From NCBI GenBank assembly GCA_038256675.1, contig JBBSKC010000001.1:14652-78651 (forward strand): a stretch of DNA of 64,000 bases, written 5' to 3'. Positions 42,362-50,371 of the stretch are shown here, piece after piece. Every line of letters begins with the position of its first letter. Positions within the stretch are counted from its first letter, which is position 1. A program made the translations under genes and the position numbers. The notes below the pieces were generated by a model that saw only the letters and a program-made list of their open reading frames with translations, ran no database searches and was not told the origin of the DNA. The DNA comes from Solirubrobacterales bacterium. Its GTDB lineage: Bacteria; Actinomycetota; Thermoleophilia; Solirubrobacterales; 70-9.

Positions 42362-42850
42362 CTAAGAACCTTGGAGGAAATCCTCGGGAGAAACATCGTC
42401 GAGAAAGTCCTTGAACTTCTCGACCACCTGCTCGTTGTCCTCCACCCCTTGCTCGAACTCGATCGAGGATTCTTCGATGACGTCTTCAGCGACGAAAATC
42501 GGGGCGGTCACCCGGACGGCCAGGGCCAGTGCGTCAGACGGCCTCGAGTCGATCTCGACCTCGGAGCCGGCGACCGAAATCGTGATCGTCGCGTAGAAGG
42601 TGTTGTCGCGAAGTTCGGTGATCGAGATGCGTTCAACCTTGGTCTCTACCTGGTCGAGGATGTCGACGATCAGGTCGTGGGTCATCGGCCGCGGGGTGTC
42701 CGCTCCCTGAAGCTTCATCAAAATGGCGGCGGCCTCCGGGTGGCCGATCCATATCGGCAGGAAACGGTTGTCATCAACCGTCTTCAGCAGCACGATCGGC
42801 TGCTTGCCGACCATGTCAAAGGAGACCCCGTAGATCTGCATCTCACGCAT
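42362..42850 (-). CDS. Bifunctional nuclease (DUF151/BFN) family protein
   Basis: 162 aa. QPIVLLKTVDDNRFLPIWIGHPEAAAI, TPRPMTHDL. Confidence 0.8.
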   Translation of the reverse strand: MREMQIYGVSFDMVGKQPIVLLKTVDDNRFLPIWIGHPEAAAILMKLQGADTPRPMTHDLIVDILDQVETKVERISITELRDNTFYATITISVAGSEVEIDSRPSDALALAVRVTAPIFVAEDVIEESSIEFEQGVEDNEQVVEKFKDFLDDVSPEDFLQGS

Positions 42851-42858
42851 GGCCCCCG

Positions 42859-42864
42859 ATTATA
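42859..42864 (-). promoter_or_regulatory. Perfect -10 hexamer TATAAT 8 nt upstream of the nuclease ATG (leaderless candidate)
   Basis: Minus strand: aaaacc TATAAT cgggggcc ATG. No convincing -35, because that region is the tRNA-Ile 3' end. Confidence 0.35.
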
Positions 42865-42880
42865 GGTTTTGGCGGTTCTA

Positions 42881-42954
42881 TGGGCGATCGTGGATTCGAA
42901 CCACGGACCTCGTCCTTATCAGAGACGCGCTCTAACCAACTGAGCTAATCGCCC
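42881..42954 (-). tRNA. tRNA-Ile (GAT)
   Basis: Reverse complement folds as acceptor GGGCGAT/ATCGCCC, anticodon arm CGTCT-CTGATAA-GGACG, T arm CGTGG-TTCGAAT-CCACG. Confidence 0.95.
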
Positions 42955-42980
42955 GCATGACGCCCGGGGATAGTACAAGG

Positions 42981-43038
42981 CATCCAAGTCACTCCGCTCA
43001 TTAGAAAAAGAGAATGGTTTCGCTGTGCGACTTGGATG
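42981..43038. repeat. 58-bp intergenic repeat, copy B
   Basis: catccaagtcactccgctcattagaaaaagagaatggtttcgctgtgcgacttggatg. Same length and orientation as copy A, 7 mismatches by my count. The 10-bp terminal inverted repeat is perfect here. Confidence 0.85.
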
Positions 43039-43042
43039 TCGC

Positions 43043-43891
43043 CTACTTGAGGCGCTTTGCCAGATCGAGCGCCTGGTCCAGTGATTCGAGCTGGATCTCC
43101 ACTGAGATGCCGTTTCCTCGGGGCTTGATCCTGACTTCGTGCTTCAGCTTTGCTTCGAGTTTGTCCGAGACGTCGCTTATGGCGTCCAGTTCTTCCGCCG
43201 AGAGGTTGGTGCGCCTGGTCGTCTTCGCCTTGCTTTCGCCGGCGGCGCGGGCCTGGGCTTCGGTCTGCCGGACCGACCAGCCTTCTTTGCACGCCTGCTT
43301 CGCGAGCTTCCGCCGGAAGGAATGGTCGCTGACCTGGAGCAGAGCCCGGCCGTGACCTTCGCTCAGGTCCCCCTGCTCGAGCATGGCCAGCACTTCGTCG
43401 GGCAGGTCGAGCAGGCGGATCAGGTTCGAGATCTGCGGACGACTGCGACCAACCCGCTTGCCGAGGTCCTCCTTGCTCAGCCCGAGGTCCTCAACCAGTG
43501 CGGCGCAGGCTTTGGCCTCTTCCACCGGATTCAGGTTCTCGCGAACCATGTTCTCGATCAAGGCGACTTCGAGGCGGTCGGCTTCGTCGGAGTCGCGGAT
43601 GACCACGGGGATCTTTGAGACGCCGGCGATCCGGGCGGCGCGCCAGCGTCGTTCGCCGGCGATGATCTCGTAACTTCCGCCACTAAGTGGCCGAACCAGG
43701 AGCGGCTGGACCACTCCGCTTGCTTCGATCGAATCGCTCAGAGACTTCAATGAGTCTTCGTTGAATCGGGTGCGGGGCTGGCCCGGATTCGGCTTGATGA
43801 CTTCGATCGGAAGCTCCCGCATGTCCGGGCCTGATGCGGCCTCGGGCAAGATCGCGCCGATCCCGCGGCCCATTCCCCGGCGTTCAGCCAC
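43043..43891 (-). CDS. parB: Chromosome partitioning protein ParB
   Basis: 282 aa. GRGIGAIL, PNPGQPRTRF, IIAGERRWRAA, HTH region. Confidence 0.95.
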   Translation of the reverse strand: MAERRGMGRGIGAILPEAASGPDMRELPIEVIKPNPGQPRTRFNEDSLKSLSDSIEASGVVQPLLVRPLSGGSYEIIAGERRWRAARIAGVSKIPVVIRDSDEADRLEVALIENMVRENLNPVEEAKACAALVEDLGLSKEDLGKRVGRSRPQISNLIRLLDLPDEVLAMLEQGDLSEGHGRALLQVSDHSFRRKLAKQACKEGWSVRQTEAQARAAGESKAKTTRRTNLSAEELDAISDVSDKLEAKLKHEVRIKPRGNGISVEIQLESLDQALDLAKRLK

Positions 43892-44642
43892 GTGCGACCA
43901 CCTCGTCGGCGAGAGCCAGATAGGCCCCCGAGCCGCGGGAGCTGGGCGCGTAGTCGGTCACCGGAATACCGTAGCTCGGCGCCTCGGCGATCCGAACCGT
44001 CCGGGGGATTACGTTGCGGAACACCGTTTCGGAGAAATGGTCACGCAGCTCGCGCTCGACGTCCTGGGCGAGGCGGGTGCGCTCATCGTGCATGGTCACG
44101 ACGACGCCGGCCAGCTCCAGGGTCGGGTTCATCTCCCGCCGGACCGTGGAAAGTGTGTCGAGAAACTCAACCAGGCCTTCCAGAGCCAGATACTCGGCCT
44201 GGACCGGCACGATCACGCGGTCGGAAGCGACCAGTGCGTTGACGGTAATCGGGCCGAGAGCCGGGGGGCAGTCGATCAGGACGACGTCGAAATCGTCGCC
44301 GACGTTGCCGAGTTGCTCCTTGAGGCGGTAGTTGGGCTTCTCGAGGCGCGGGAGTTCGACAACGGCTCCGGCGAGGTCACGACTCGCGGGCACCAGCCAG
44401 AGATTGTCGGGCCCCGCCGGCTTGGCCGCCTCTTCGAGTGTGTTCACACCGGAAAGCACGTCGTAGCTGGATGGTCGCTCGTGCTTGTCGCCGCCGAGGG
44501 CGACGGTAGCGTTGCACTGCTGGTCCAAATCGACTACTAGCACCTTCTTGCCCAGCCGGGCGAATCCTGCCCCGAGGTTCACCGCGGTGGTCGTTTTGCC
44601 GACTCCGCCCTTCTGGTTGGCGATCGAGTAGATAAGTCCCAC
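43884..44642 (-). CDS. parA: Chromosome partitioning ATPase ParA/Soj
   Basis: 252 aa. Deviant Walker A NQKGGVGKTTT, DLDQQCNAT, VLIDCPP. Confidence 0.95.
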   Translation of the reverse strand: MGLIYSIANQKGGVGKTTTAVNLGAGFARLGKKVLVVDLDQQCNATVALGGDKHERPSSYDVLSGVNTLEEAAKPAGPDNLWLVPASRDLAGAVVELPRLEKPNYRLKEQLGNVGDDFDVVLIDCPPALGPITVNALVASDRVIVPVQAEYLALEGLVEFLDTLSTVRREMNPTLELAGVVVTMHDERTRLAQDVERELRDHFSETVFRNVIPRTVRIAEAPSYGIPVTDYAPSSRGSGAYLALADEVVARG

Positions 44643-44727
44643 GTGCCTAAATCACTTTCCATTTGAGGGTCATCCGACGCCTGAGCTTAGTGGCTGGCAC
44701 GCCGAGTGGAGTCTGCGGCGCGGGTTT

Positions 44728-45414
44728 TCACGGAGATAGCGGCCTTTTTCGCACCATTCCCGGTCTCCGCGGCAGGTTCGTGGGGGTATCGGCCGTCTTT
44801 CTGACCACGTAGATGTGACGCTCACGACTGCCGCTGTAGGGCTTCACCGCTACCACACGGTCGAGGGTCATCGCCAGTTTCGCCTCCAGCCTGGCCAGCC
44901 TGGCCTCACCGTCCGCCTCGCGTTCACCCTTCCAGGCGATCAATGAGCCGCCGGTCTCGAGCAGCGGTGAGGCGAGCTCAGCCAGAGCTTCGAGCGGCGC
45001 CACGGCACGGACCGTGACCAGGTCCGACGCGTCCGCTCCATCCGCCGCTGCCCAAACCTCCGACCGCAGGTTGACGGCGACCGCGTTCTCGAGTCCGAGC
45101 CGTTCGATCACCTCCTGCATGAACCTGACCTTCCGGCCGACGGAGTCGAGCAGGGTGAACTGGGCCTTTGGCCTCGCCAGAGCTAAAGGGATGCCGGGAA
45201 AGCCCGCGCCAGAGCCGATGTCGGCAACCCGCTGCGCGCTATTCACCTCATCGATGGCCAGACCCGAGAGGCTGTCGGACAGGTGAACCCGGCGCGCTTC
45301 GTCGGGATTGGTGATCGACGAGAGCGAAGCGGGAGCCGCAGCGAGCATCTCGAGCATCGGCTGCAGACGCTGCTGCAGGTCCCCGGCCAGCCAGGGGCGC
45401 TCGTCGGGCTTCAC
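44728..45414 (-). CDS. rsmG: 16S rRNA (guanine527-N7)-methyltransferase
   Basis: 228 aa. DIGSGAGFPGIPLA, position between jag and parA. Confidence 0.9.
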   Translation of the reverse strand: MKPDERPWLAGDLQQRLQPMLEMLAAAPASLSSITNPDEARRVHLSDSLSGLAIDEVNSAQRVADIGSGAGFPGIPLALARPKAQFTLLDSVGRKVRFMQEVIERLGLENAVAVNLRSEVWAAADGADASDLVTVRAVAPLEALAELASPLLETGGSLIAWKGEREADGEARLARLEAKLAMTLDRVVAVKPYSGSRERHIYVVRKTADTPTNLPRRPGMVRKRPLSP

Positions 45415-45905
45415 TCGGAGACGAGGGGCGCGACAACCACGCGGCGCTGAGGCTCATCGCCGGCGCTGAATGTCTCGACTTCGGTGCGTTCCTTCAGGTG
45501 CTCGTGGACGATCCGGCGCTCACGGGCGGTCATCGGATCGAGTTCGATCTCCTCCCCGGTGCTGATCGCCTTCTCCGCCGCGCGGTCGGCCCGTTCGGAA
45601 ATGACTTCTTCACGACGGGCGCGGTATCCGGCGGCATCGAGGACCACCCGCTTGCGTTCCCGGATCCCCTGAAAGGCAGCCTGGAAGCAGAGAAGCTGAA
45701 GGGCGTCGATCGTCTGGCCGCGCCGGCCGATCAGCAGGCCGAAGTCGTCGTCACCTTCGACCGAGGCCGTGATGACTTCGTCGTCCTCAACCACATTGAC
45801 AGTGCCTTCGAGTTCCAGTTGTTCGAGAACCCGTTCAACCACGAGGCGGACCCGCTCGGCCGGATCTTCCGGCCAGTCGTCTGCTTCTTGAGCTTGCACG
45901 TCCAT
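45411..45905 (-). CDS. jag: KH/R3H RNA-binding protein Jag/KhpB
   Basis: 164 aa. LIGRRGQTIDALQ (KH) and ERRIVHEHL (R3H), directly after yidC. Confidence 0.85.
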   Translation of the reverse strand: MDVQAQEADDWPEDPAERVRLVVERVLEQLELEGTVNVVEDDEVITASVEGDDDFGLLIGRRGQTIDALQLLCFQAAFQGIRERKRVVLDAAGYRARREEVISERADRAAEKAISTGEEIELDPMTARERRIVHEHLKERTEVETFSAGDEPQRRVVVAPLVSE

Positions 45906-45917
45906 CGGAAGGACCGG

Positions 45918-46823
45918 CTACCGCCGGCGTTTCTTCTTCTTCGGCGGTTGGGGTGGTGGTTTGGCTGCCGCGACGGCTTCGGGAGTCGACATGACCGGTA
46001 CGGGTATGAACTTGTTGACCGCCGCCTGCTGGCCGATCGTCCAGACGTTGGTCGTGATCCAGTACAGGACCAGACCGGCCGGGAAGGAAATGATGAACGG
46101 GATGAAGATGAAAGGCAGGACCAGCATCAGGATCTTCTGGTTGCGGTCGCCGGTCGTCGCGGTGATGAGGCCCGAGATCAGCTGAGTGCCGACGTAGAGG
46201 ACCATCAATGTGATCAGAACGGCTCCGGTCGCCTTGGCCGTGAGGTCGGGAATGAAAAAGAAGGACTCGCCGTACGGGATCAGGTCAACGACGTTCTGAA
46301 AGTTGCCGACGATCGCGTCGACGTTGGTGCTGGAATAGCCGAGCGCCGTCATCTTCTCGCCGGCGATCTCGGCTGTTGCCGAGTTCTGAACGACATCCAG
46401 GGGGATGTCGCCGCAGGACATGACTTCCTGGCCGCACATGTCGTCCCGGAGCGGACCCTTGAGTGTGTAGAAGAGCGTAATGAAGATCGGCAACTGGGCC
46501 AGCAGCGGGATACAGGAGGCCAGCGGGTTGATCTTGTTCTCCTTGTAGAAGTTCATCATCTCCTGCGAGAGGCGCTGACGATCGTTCTTGTACTTCTCCT
46601 GGAGAGCCTTGATCTGTGGCTGGAACGCCTGGAGCGCCCGCATGCCCTTCAACTGCTTGTAAGTGAGCGGGATCAGCAGGGCACGGGTGATGATGGTGAG
46701 CAGGATGATCGCGTAGCCCCACTCGAGGCCGAGGCTGTCGTGGAAGTACGACAGGACACTGTTTGCAACATCGATCAGCGGCTGAAGGATGTTTGCGACT
46801 GTGTTTACGGCGATTGGAATCAA
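45918..46823 (-). CDS. yidC: Membrane protein insertase YidC
   Basis: 301 aa. AIILLTIITRALLIPLTYKQ, NPLASCIPLLAQLPIF, basic C-terminus KKKKRRR. Confidence 0.95.
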   Translation of the reverse strand: MIPIAVNTVANILQPLIDVANSVLSYFHDSLGLEWGYAIILLTIITRALLIPLTYKQLKGMRALQAFQPQIKALQEKYKNDRQRLSQEMMNFYKENKINPLASCIPLLAQLPIFITLFYTLKGPLRDDMCGQEVMSCGDIPLDVVQNSATAEIAGEKMTALGYSSTNVDAIVGNFQNVVDLIPYGESFFFIPDLTAKATGAVLITLMVLYVGTQLISGLITATTGDRNQKILMLVLPFIFIPFIISFPAGLVLYWITTNVWTIGQQAAVNKFIPVPVMSTPEAVAAAKPPPQPPKKKKRRR

Positions 46824-47095
46824 CGCTGTGTGGTCTCTCCGTGGTAATCAGCCGGATCCATTGGCCCGACCTTCAAAGTAAAAGTTTCCCGCACGGGGTC
46901 GAAGCCTCCGTGGCTGAAAGGATTGCAGCGCAGGATGCGCCAGCAGGCGAGAACTGTACCCCGTAGGACACCGAAACGTTCTACCGCCTGCACGGTATAG
47001 GTCGAACAACTCGGTTCATACTTGCACCGGCGGGGCAGCAGCGGGGAAAGCCAGCGGCGGTAAGCGAAGACCGGCGCTAGCCAGATGCGTTTCAC
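46820..47095 (-). CDS. yidD: Membrane protein insertion efficiency factor YidD
   Basis: 91 aa. YRRWLSPLLPRRCKYEPSCSTY, RCNPFSHGGFDPV. Confidence 0.9.
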   Translation of the reverse strand: MKRIWLAPVFAYRRWLSPLLPRRCKYEPSCSTYTVQAVERFGVLRGTVLACWRILRCNPFSHGGFDPVRETFTLKVGPMDPADYHGETTQR

Positions 47096-47103
47096 GTGGA
47101 ACG
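47088..47103. other. Candidate parS centromere-like site
   Basis: cGTTTCACGTGGAACg versus consensus tGTTTCACGTGAAACa: 13 of 16 positions, with one mismatch in the 14-nt core. Spans the rnpA stop / yidD start overlap. Confidence 0.5.
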
Positions 47104-47475
47104 CTTGCCCCGGCTCAGCTCGAGGACCTCATCGACGCATTCAAGCGCTCCGTCGAGCCCACGCTCGTCGATCACTTCGCCCACACTCGGCCGCGCGACC
47201 AGCACGAAATCGTGTTCCGCCGCATCTCGGTCGACCCGGCTCCAGAACGCTTCCTTCAGCACCCGTTTGACCCGATTCCTGGCCACCGCATCACCCAGCT
47301 TCTTCGAGACGGAGACGCCGAGCCGGGTCTCCTCCGGACCACCCTCAGCCCGTTCAAAGCTGTACAGCACGAGGTGGCGGGTCGCCTTTGACGACCCCTC
47401 CTTGTAAACCCGTTTGAAGTCTCCGCTGCGGGAGAGTCGTCGGCGCCTGGGGGACCCAGCGCCGGAGCCCGACAT
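47092..47475 (-). CDS. rnpA: Ribonuclease P protein component
   Basis: 127 aa. RLSRSGDFKRVYKEG, RLGVSVSKKLGDAVARNRVKR, directly after rpmH. Confidence 0.9.
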   Translation of the reverse strand: MSGSGAGSPRRRRLSRSGDFKRVYKEGSSKATRHLVLYSFERAEGGPEETRLGVSVSKKLGDAVARNRVKRVLKEAFWSRVDRDAAEHDFVLVARPSVGEVIDERGLDGALECVDEVLELSRGKRST

Positions 47476-47477
47476 CG

Positions 47478-47612
47478 TCAGACGGCGAGACGCTTGCGGC
47501 CCTTGCGCCGGCGGCGACGGATGACATCGCGGCCACCCTTGGTGCTCATCCGGACGCGAAATCCGTGGGTCTTCGCCCGCTTGCGCTTCTTTGGTTGGTA
47601 AGTACGCTTCAT
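47478..47612 (-). CDS. rpmH: 50S ribosomal protein L34
   Basis: [47 protein letters not shown] at 47612 inside ORF 47478..47699. Confidence 0.95.
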   Translation of the reverse strand: MKRTYQPKKRKRAKTHGFRVRMSTKGGRDVIRRRRRKGRKRLAV

Positions 47613-47753
47613 CGGATCGGGCAGTATACGGGTCTTTGCGGCAACCGGAAGACCGAAGATCTTTTCTCCGCGATTTGCGGGGGCCTCGCCCCTTCCCACA
47701 GCGTCCGGATGTATGGTCGGCGGTCCCTTCCAGGAACCTGATCAGGACCGGAC

Positions 47754-49121
47754 ATGAACGCCGCGCTAAAGCCTCAGAACCCAGATACCACGCCGTCTCC
47801 TGCCGATCAGACCAGGACGCTCGAATTGATCTGGGCCGAAGTTCGCCGGCAACTCTCGGCCAGCCTCCCGGAGGCCACCTACCGAATGTGGCTCGCTCCG
47901 GTCAAACCCGCTGGTCTGCGCGGCAGCACCCTGCACCTCGAAGCACCAGCCTCCGTTTCGACCTGGGTCGAACGCCGGTACTCGGCAATGATCATCACCG
48001 CGATCGCCGACGTCGACCCTTCGGTCACAGCCATCACGTTCAAGGCCCTCACGGCTGCAAGGCAATCCGGTCCCGCTCTGGTCGAGACTCCCGGGCCCAA
48101 CCCGACCCACACCTTTGACCGCTTCGTCATCGGCCCCGGCAACCATCTCGCGCACGCCGCCTCCCTGGCCGTTGCCGAAGCCCCGTCCGAGGCCTACAAC
48201 CCCCTCTTCCTCCACGGACCTCCCGGGCTCGGCAAAACTCACCTGCTCGGTGCTATCGCCAACTACCTGGAACAGAACGTGCCTGAACTCCGCGTCCTCT
48301 ATACAAATGCCGAAGCGTTTACCGCCGAGTTCGTCGGTTCACTCAAAGCTGACGGCATCAGCGCCTTCAAACGCCGCTACCGTGACATCGATGTCCTCCT
48401 GATCGATGACATCCAGTTCATCGCCGGCAAGCAGGCCACCGAAGAGGAGTTCTTCCACACCTTCAACGCTCTCCACGAATCGGGCAGCCAGATCGTCCTC
48501 TCCGCCGACCGCACCCCTGCTGAGATCTCGACGCTCGCCGACCGCCTCAGCGACCGCTTCGAGTGGGGCCTGACCGTCCCCCTCGATTCGCCGAATCTCG
48601 CAACCCGCCTCACGGTATTGCGTCACCTGGTCACCGAAGCCGGCCTCGAGATCACCGACCAAGAAGCGCTGACCATGCTCGCCCGCCGGGTCGAGACCAA
48701 CCTCCGGCAGCTCCACGGGGCTCTCACCCGCACGATCGCCGAAGCGTCGCTCAGCTCGACCCCACTCAGCTCCGACCTGATCACCCGCATCTTCCCTTCT
48801 CGCGTGACCGACTCCGCGCCGGTCACGCCTGAAGCCATCCGCGAGATCACCGCCCGTCACTTCTTGACCGACGCCGACACCCTGATCTCCCGCAAACGCG
48901 ACCAGCGCACCTCGAACGCCCGCCACATCGCCATCTATCTGACCCGGGAGATGACCGGTCTTTCCCTGCCCCAGATCGGTGAGCTCTACGGTGGCCGCGA
49001 CCATTCGACCGTTCTCAACTCGATCGACCGCATCGAAGCCGGGCTTTCCGTCGATCCCGAAGTCACCACCGCTGTGGACACCTTGCGGGCAACTATCCAC
49101 AACCGGGCAGGTAACGCCTGA
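47754..49121 (+). CDS. dnaA: Chromosomal replication initiator DnaA
   Basis: 455 aa. NPLFLHGPPGLGKTHLL, LLIDDIQF, RDHSTVLNS in DNA-binding domain IV. Confidence 0.97.
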   Translation: MNAALKPQNPDTTPSPADQTRTLELIWAEVRRQLSASLPEATYRMWLAPVKPAGLRGSTLHLEAPASVSTWVERRYSAMIITAIADVDPSVTAITFKALTAARQSGPALVETPGPNPTHTFDRFVIGPGNHLAHAASLAVAEAPSEAYNPLFLHGPPGLGKTHLLGAIANYLEQNVPELRVLYTNAEAFTAEFVGSLKADGISAFKRRYRDIDVLLIDDIQFIAGKQATEEEFFHTFNALHESGSQIVLSADRTPAEISTLADRLSDRFEWGLTVPLDSPNLATRLTVLRHLVTEAGLEITDQEALTMLARRVETNLRQLHGALTRTIAEASLSSTPLSSDLITRIFPSRVTDSAPVTPEAIREITARHFLTDADTLISRKRDQRTSNARHIAIYLTREMTGLSLPQIGELYGGRDHSTVLNSIDRIEAGLSVDPEVTTAVDTLRATIHNRAGNA

Positions 49122-49260
49122 TGAGCCGCCGAAGCAGTTGCGACAATCAAAGGTCACCAGACCCCTCTCCACAGCGCAAACCCGACCGCCATGCGGTTTG
49201 CCACGCTTTCCCATACCTTCCACAGACCTACCTAATCAATAGAGGTAAGAAGATTTGAAG
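49093..49260. other. Candidate compact oriC: three same-orientation DnaA-box-like 9-mers plus an AT-rich stretch
   Basis: CTATCCACA (49093-49101, inside the dnaA 3' end), CTCTCCACA (49165-49173), CCTTCCACA (49216-49224), then cctaatcaatagaggtaagaagattt. The consensus used is TT(A/G)TCCACA. Confidence 0.35.
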
Positions 49261-50367
49261 TTCTCAATCAAGAACTCGGAGCTTTCCGCCAAGCTCGCCC
49301 TCGTCGCCAGAACCGTCGCTACCGGTGGAGGCACTCCTGCGCTCGGCGGAATCCTCATGGAGTCCGAGGAGGGACGCCTGTCCTTCAGCTCGACCGACGG
49401 CAACCTGAGTCTGCGGGTACCGGTTCACGTCGAAGGTGCGATCGAAGGTGACGGCAAGATCCTTCTGCCCGGCCGGCTTTTCTCCGACATCTCCCGTCTG
49501 CTCGGTTCAGGTCAGTCCGAGATCGAGTACCGGCAAGCCGAACGTGACGTCGCCGTCACGTCGGGCAACTCGAACTTTCACATCCGCACCCTCGCCAGCG
49601 ACGACTTCCCCCCGCTGCCCCAGGCTGGCGAGCACACGATCTCCCTGGCCCGCGACTCGCTCCTGTCGACCATCGACCTGGTTGCTCGTGCCGCTTCGCG
49701 TGACGACATGCGCCCCGTCCTGACCAGCGTCCAGGTGCTGGCGTCGGGTGACGAGATGACCATGGTCGCGACCGACTCGTACCGGCTGGCGGTCAAGCAG
49801 ACCAAACTGAAGGATCCGGTCGCGGCCAACCTCGACAAGAACATTCCAGCCCAGGCGCTGAAAGAACTATCGCGACTGCTCGCTTCGAGCGAGACCGAAT
49901 CGATCAAGCTGACCGTCACCGACCGCGTGGTCATCTTCGTGGTCGACGGATCGGTGCTCTCGACGACGACGGTCGACGGGCAGTTCCCGAAGTACCAGCA
50001 GCTTTTCCCCGAGACCTATGAGCACGACGTACGCCTGCCGCGGACCGAACTGCTCGAGTCGGTCAAGCGGGTCAGTCAGATGGCCCAGAAGAACCGGCCG
50101 CTGAAAGTCACCCTGTCGCCGGGAGAGATCACCATCTCCGCCGATACACCCGACCTCGGGGACGCCGAAGAGAAGCTGCCGGCCAACTTCGATGGCGAGG
50201 AGCTCAGCATCGGCTTCAACCACGAGTTCTTCCGTGATGGGATCGAAGCGATCCAGGGCGATGAAGTCCTTCTCCGGCTCATTTCCCCGCTCCGGCCCGG
50301 CCTGCTCCAGCCGGTCGACGGTGACGACTACCGTTACCTCGTCATGCCGATCCGGCTGAACGAGTAA
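49255..50367 (+). CDS. dnaN: DNA polymerase III beta sliding clamp
   Basis: 370 aa, TTG start. TDSYRLA, position after dnaA, C-terminal MPIRL. Confidence 0.95.
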   Translation: MKFSIKNSELSAKLALVARTVATGGGTPALGGILMESEEGRLSFSSTDGNLSLRVPVHVEGAIEGDGKILLPGRLFSDISRLLGSGQSEIEYRQAERDVAVTSGNSNFHIRTLASDDFPPLPQAGEHTISLARDSLLSTIDLVARAASRDDMRPVLTSVQVLASGDEMTMVATDSYRLAVKQTKLKDPVAANLDKNIPAQALKELSRLLASSETESIKLTVTDRVVIFVVDGSVLSTTTVDGQFPKYQQLFPETYEHDVRLPRTELLESVKRVSQMAQKNRPLKVTLSPGEITISADTPDLGDAEEKLPANFDGEELSIGFNHEFFRDGIEAIQGDEVLLRLISPLRPGLLQPVDGDDYRYLVMPIRLNE

Positions 50368-50371
50368 CGCC

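Noticed and set aside
47613-47753. oriC in the rpmH-dnaA spacer
   Set aside because: It has only one weak DnaA-box-like 9-mer (CTTCCCACA) and no AT-rich unwinding stretch. I kept it as a minor note within the oriC finding.
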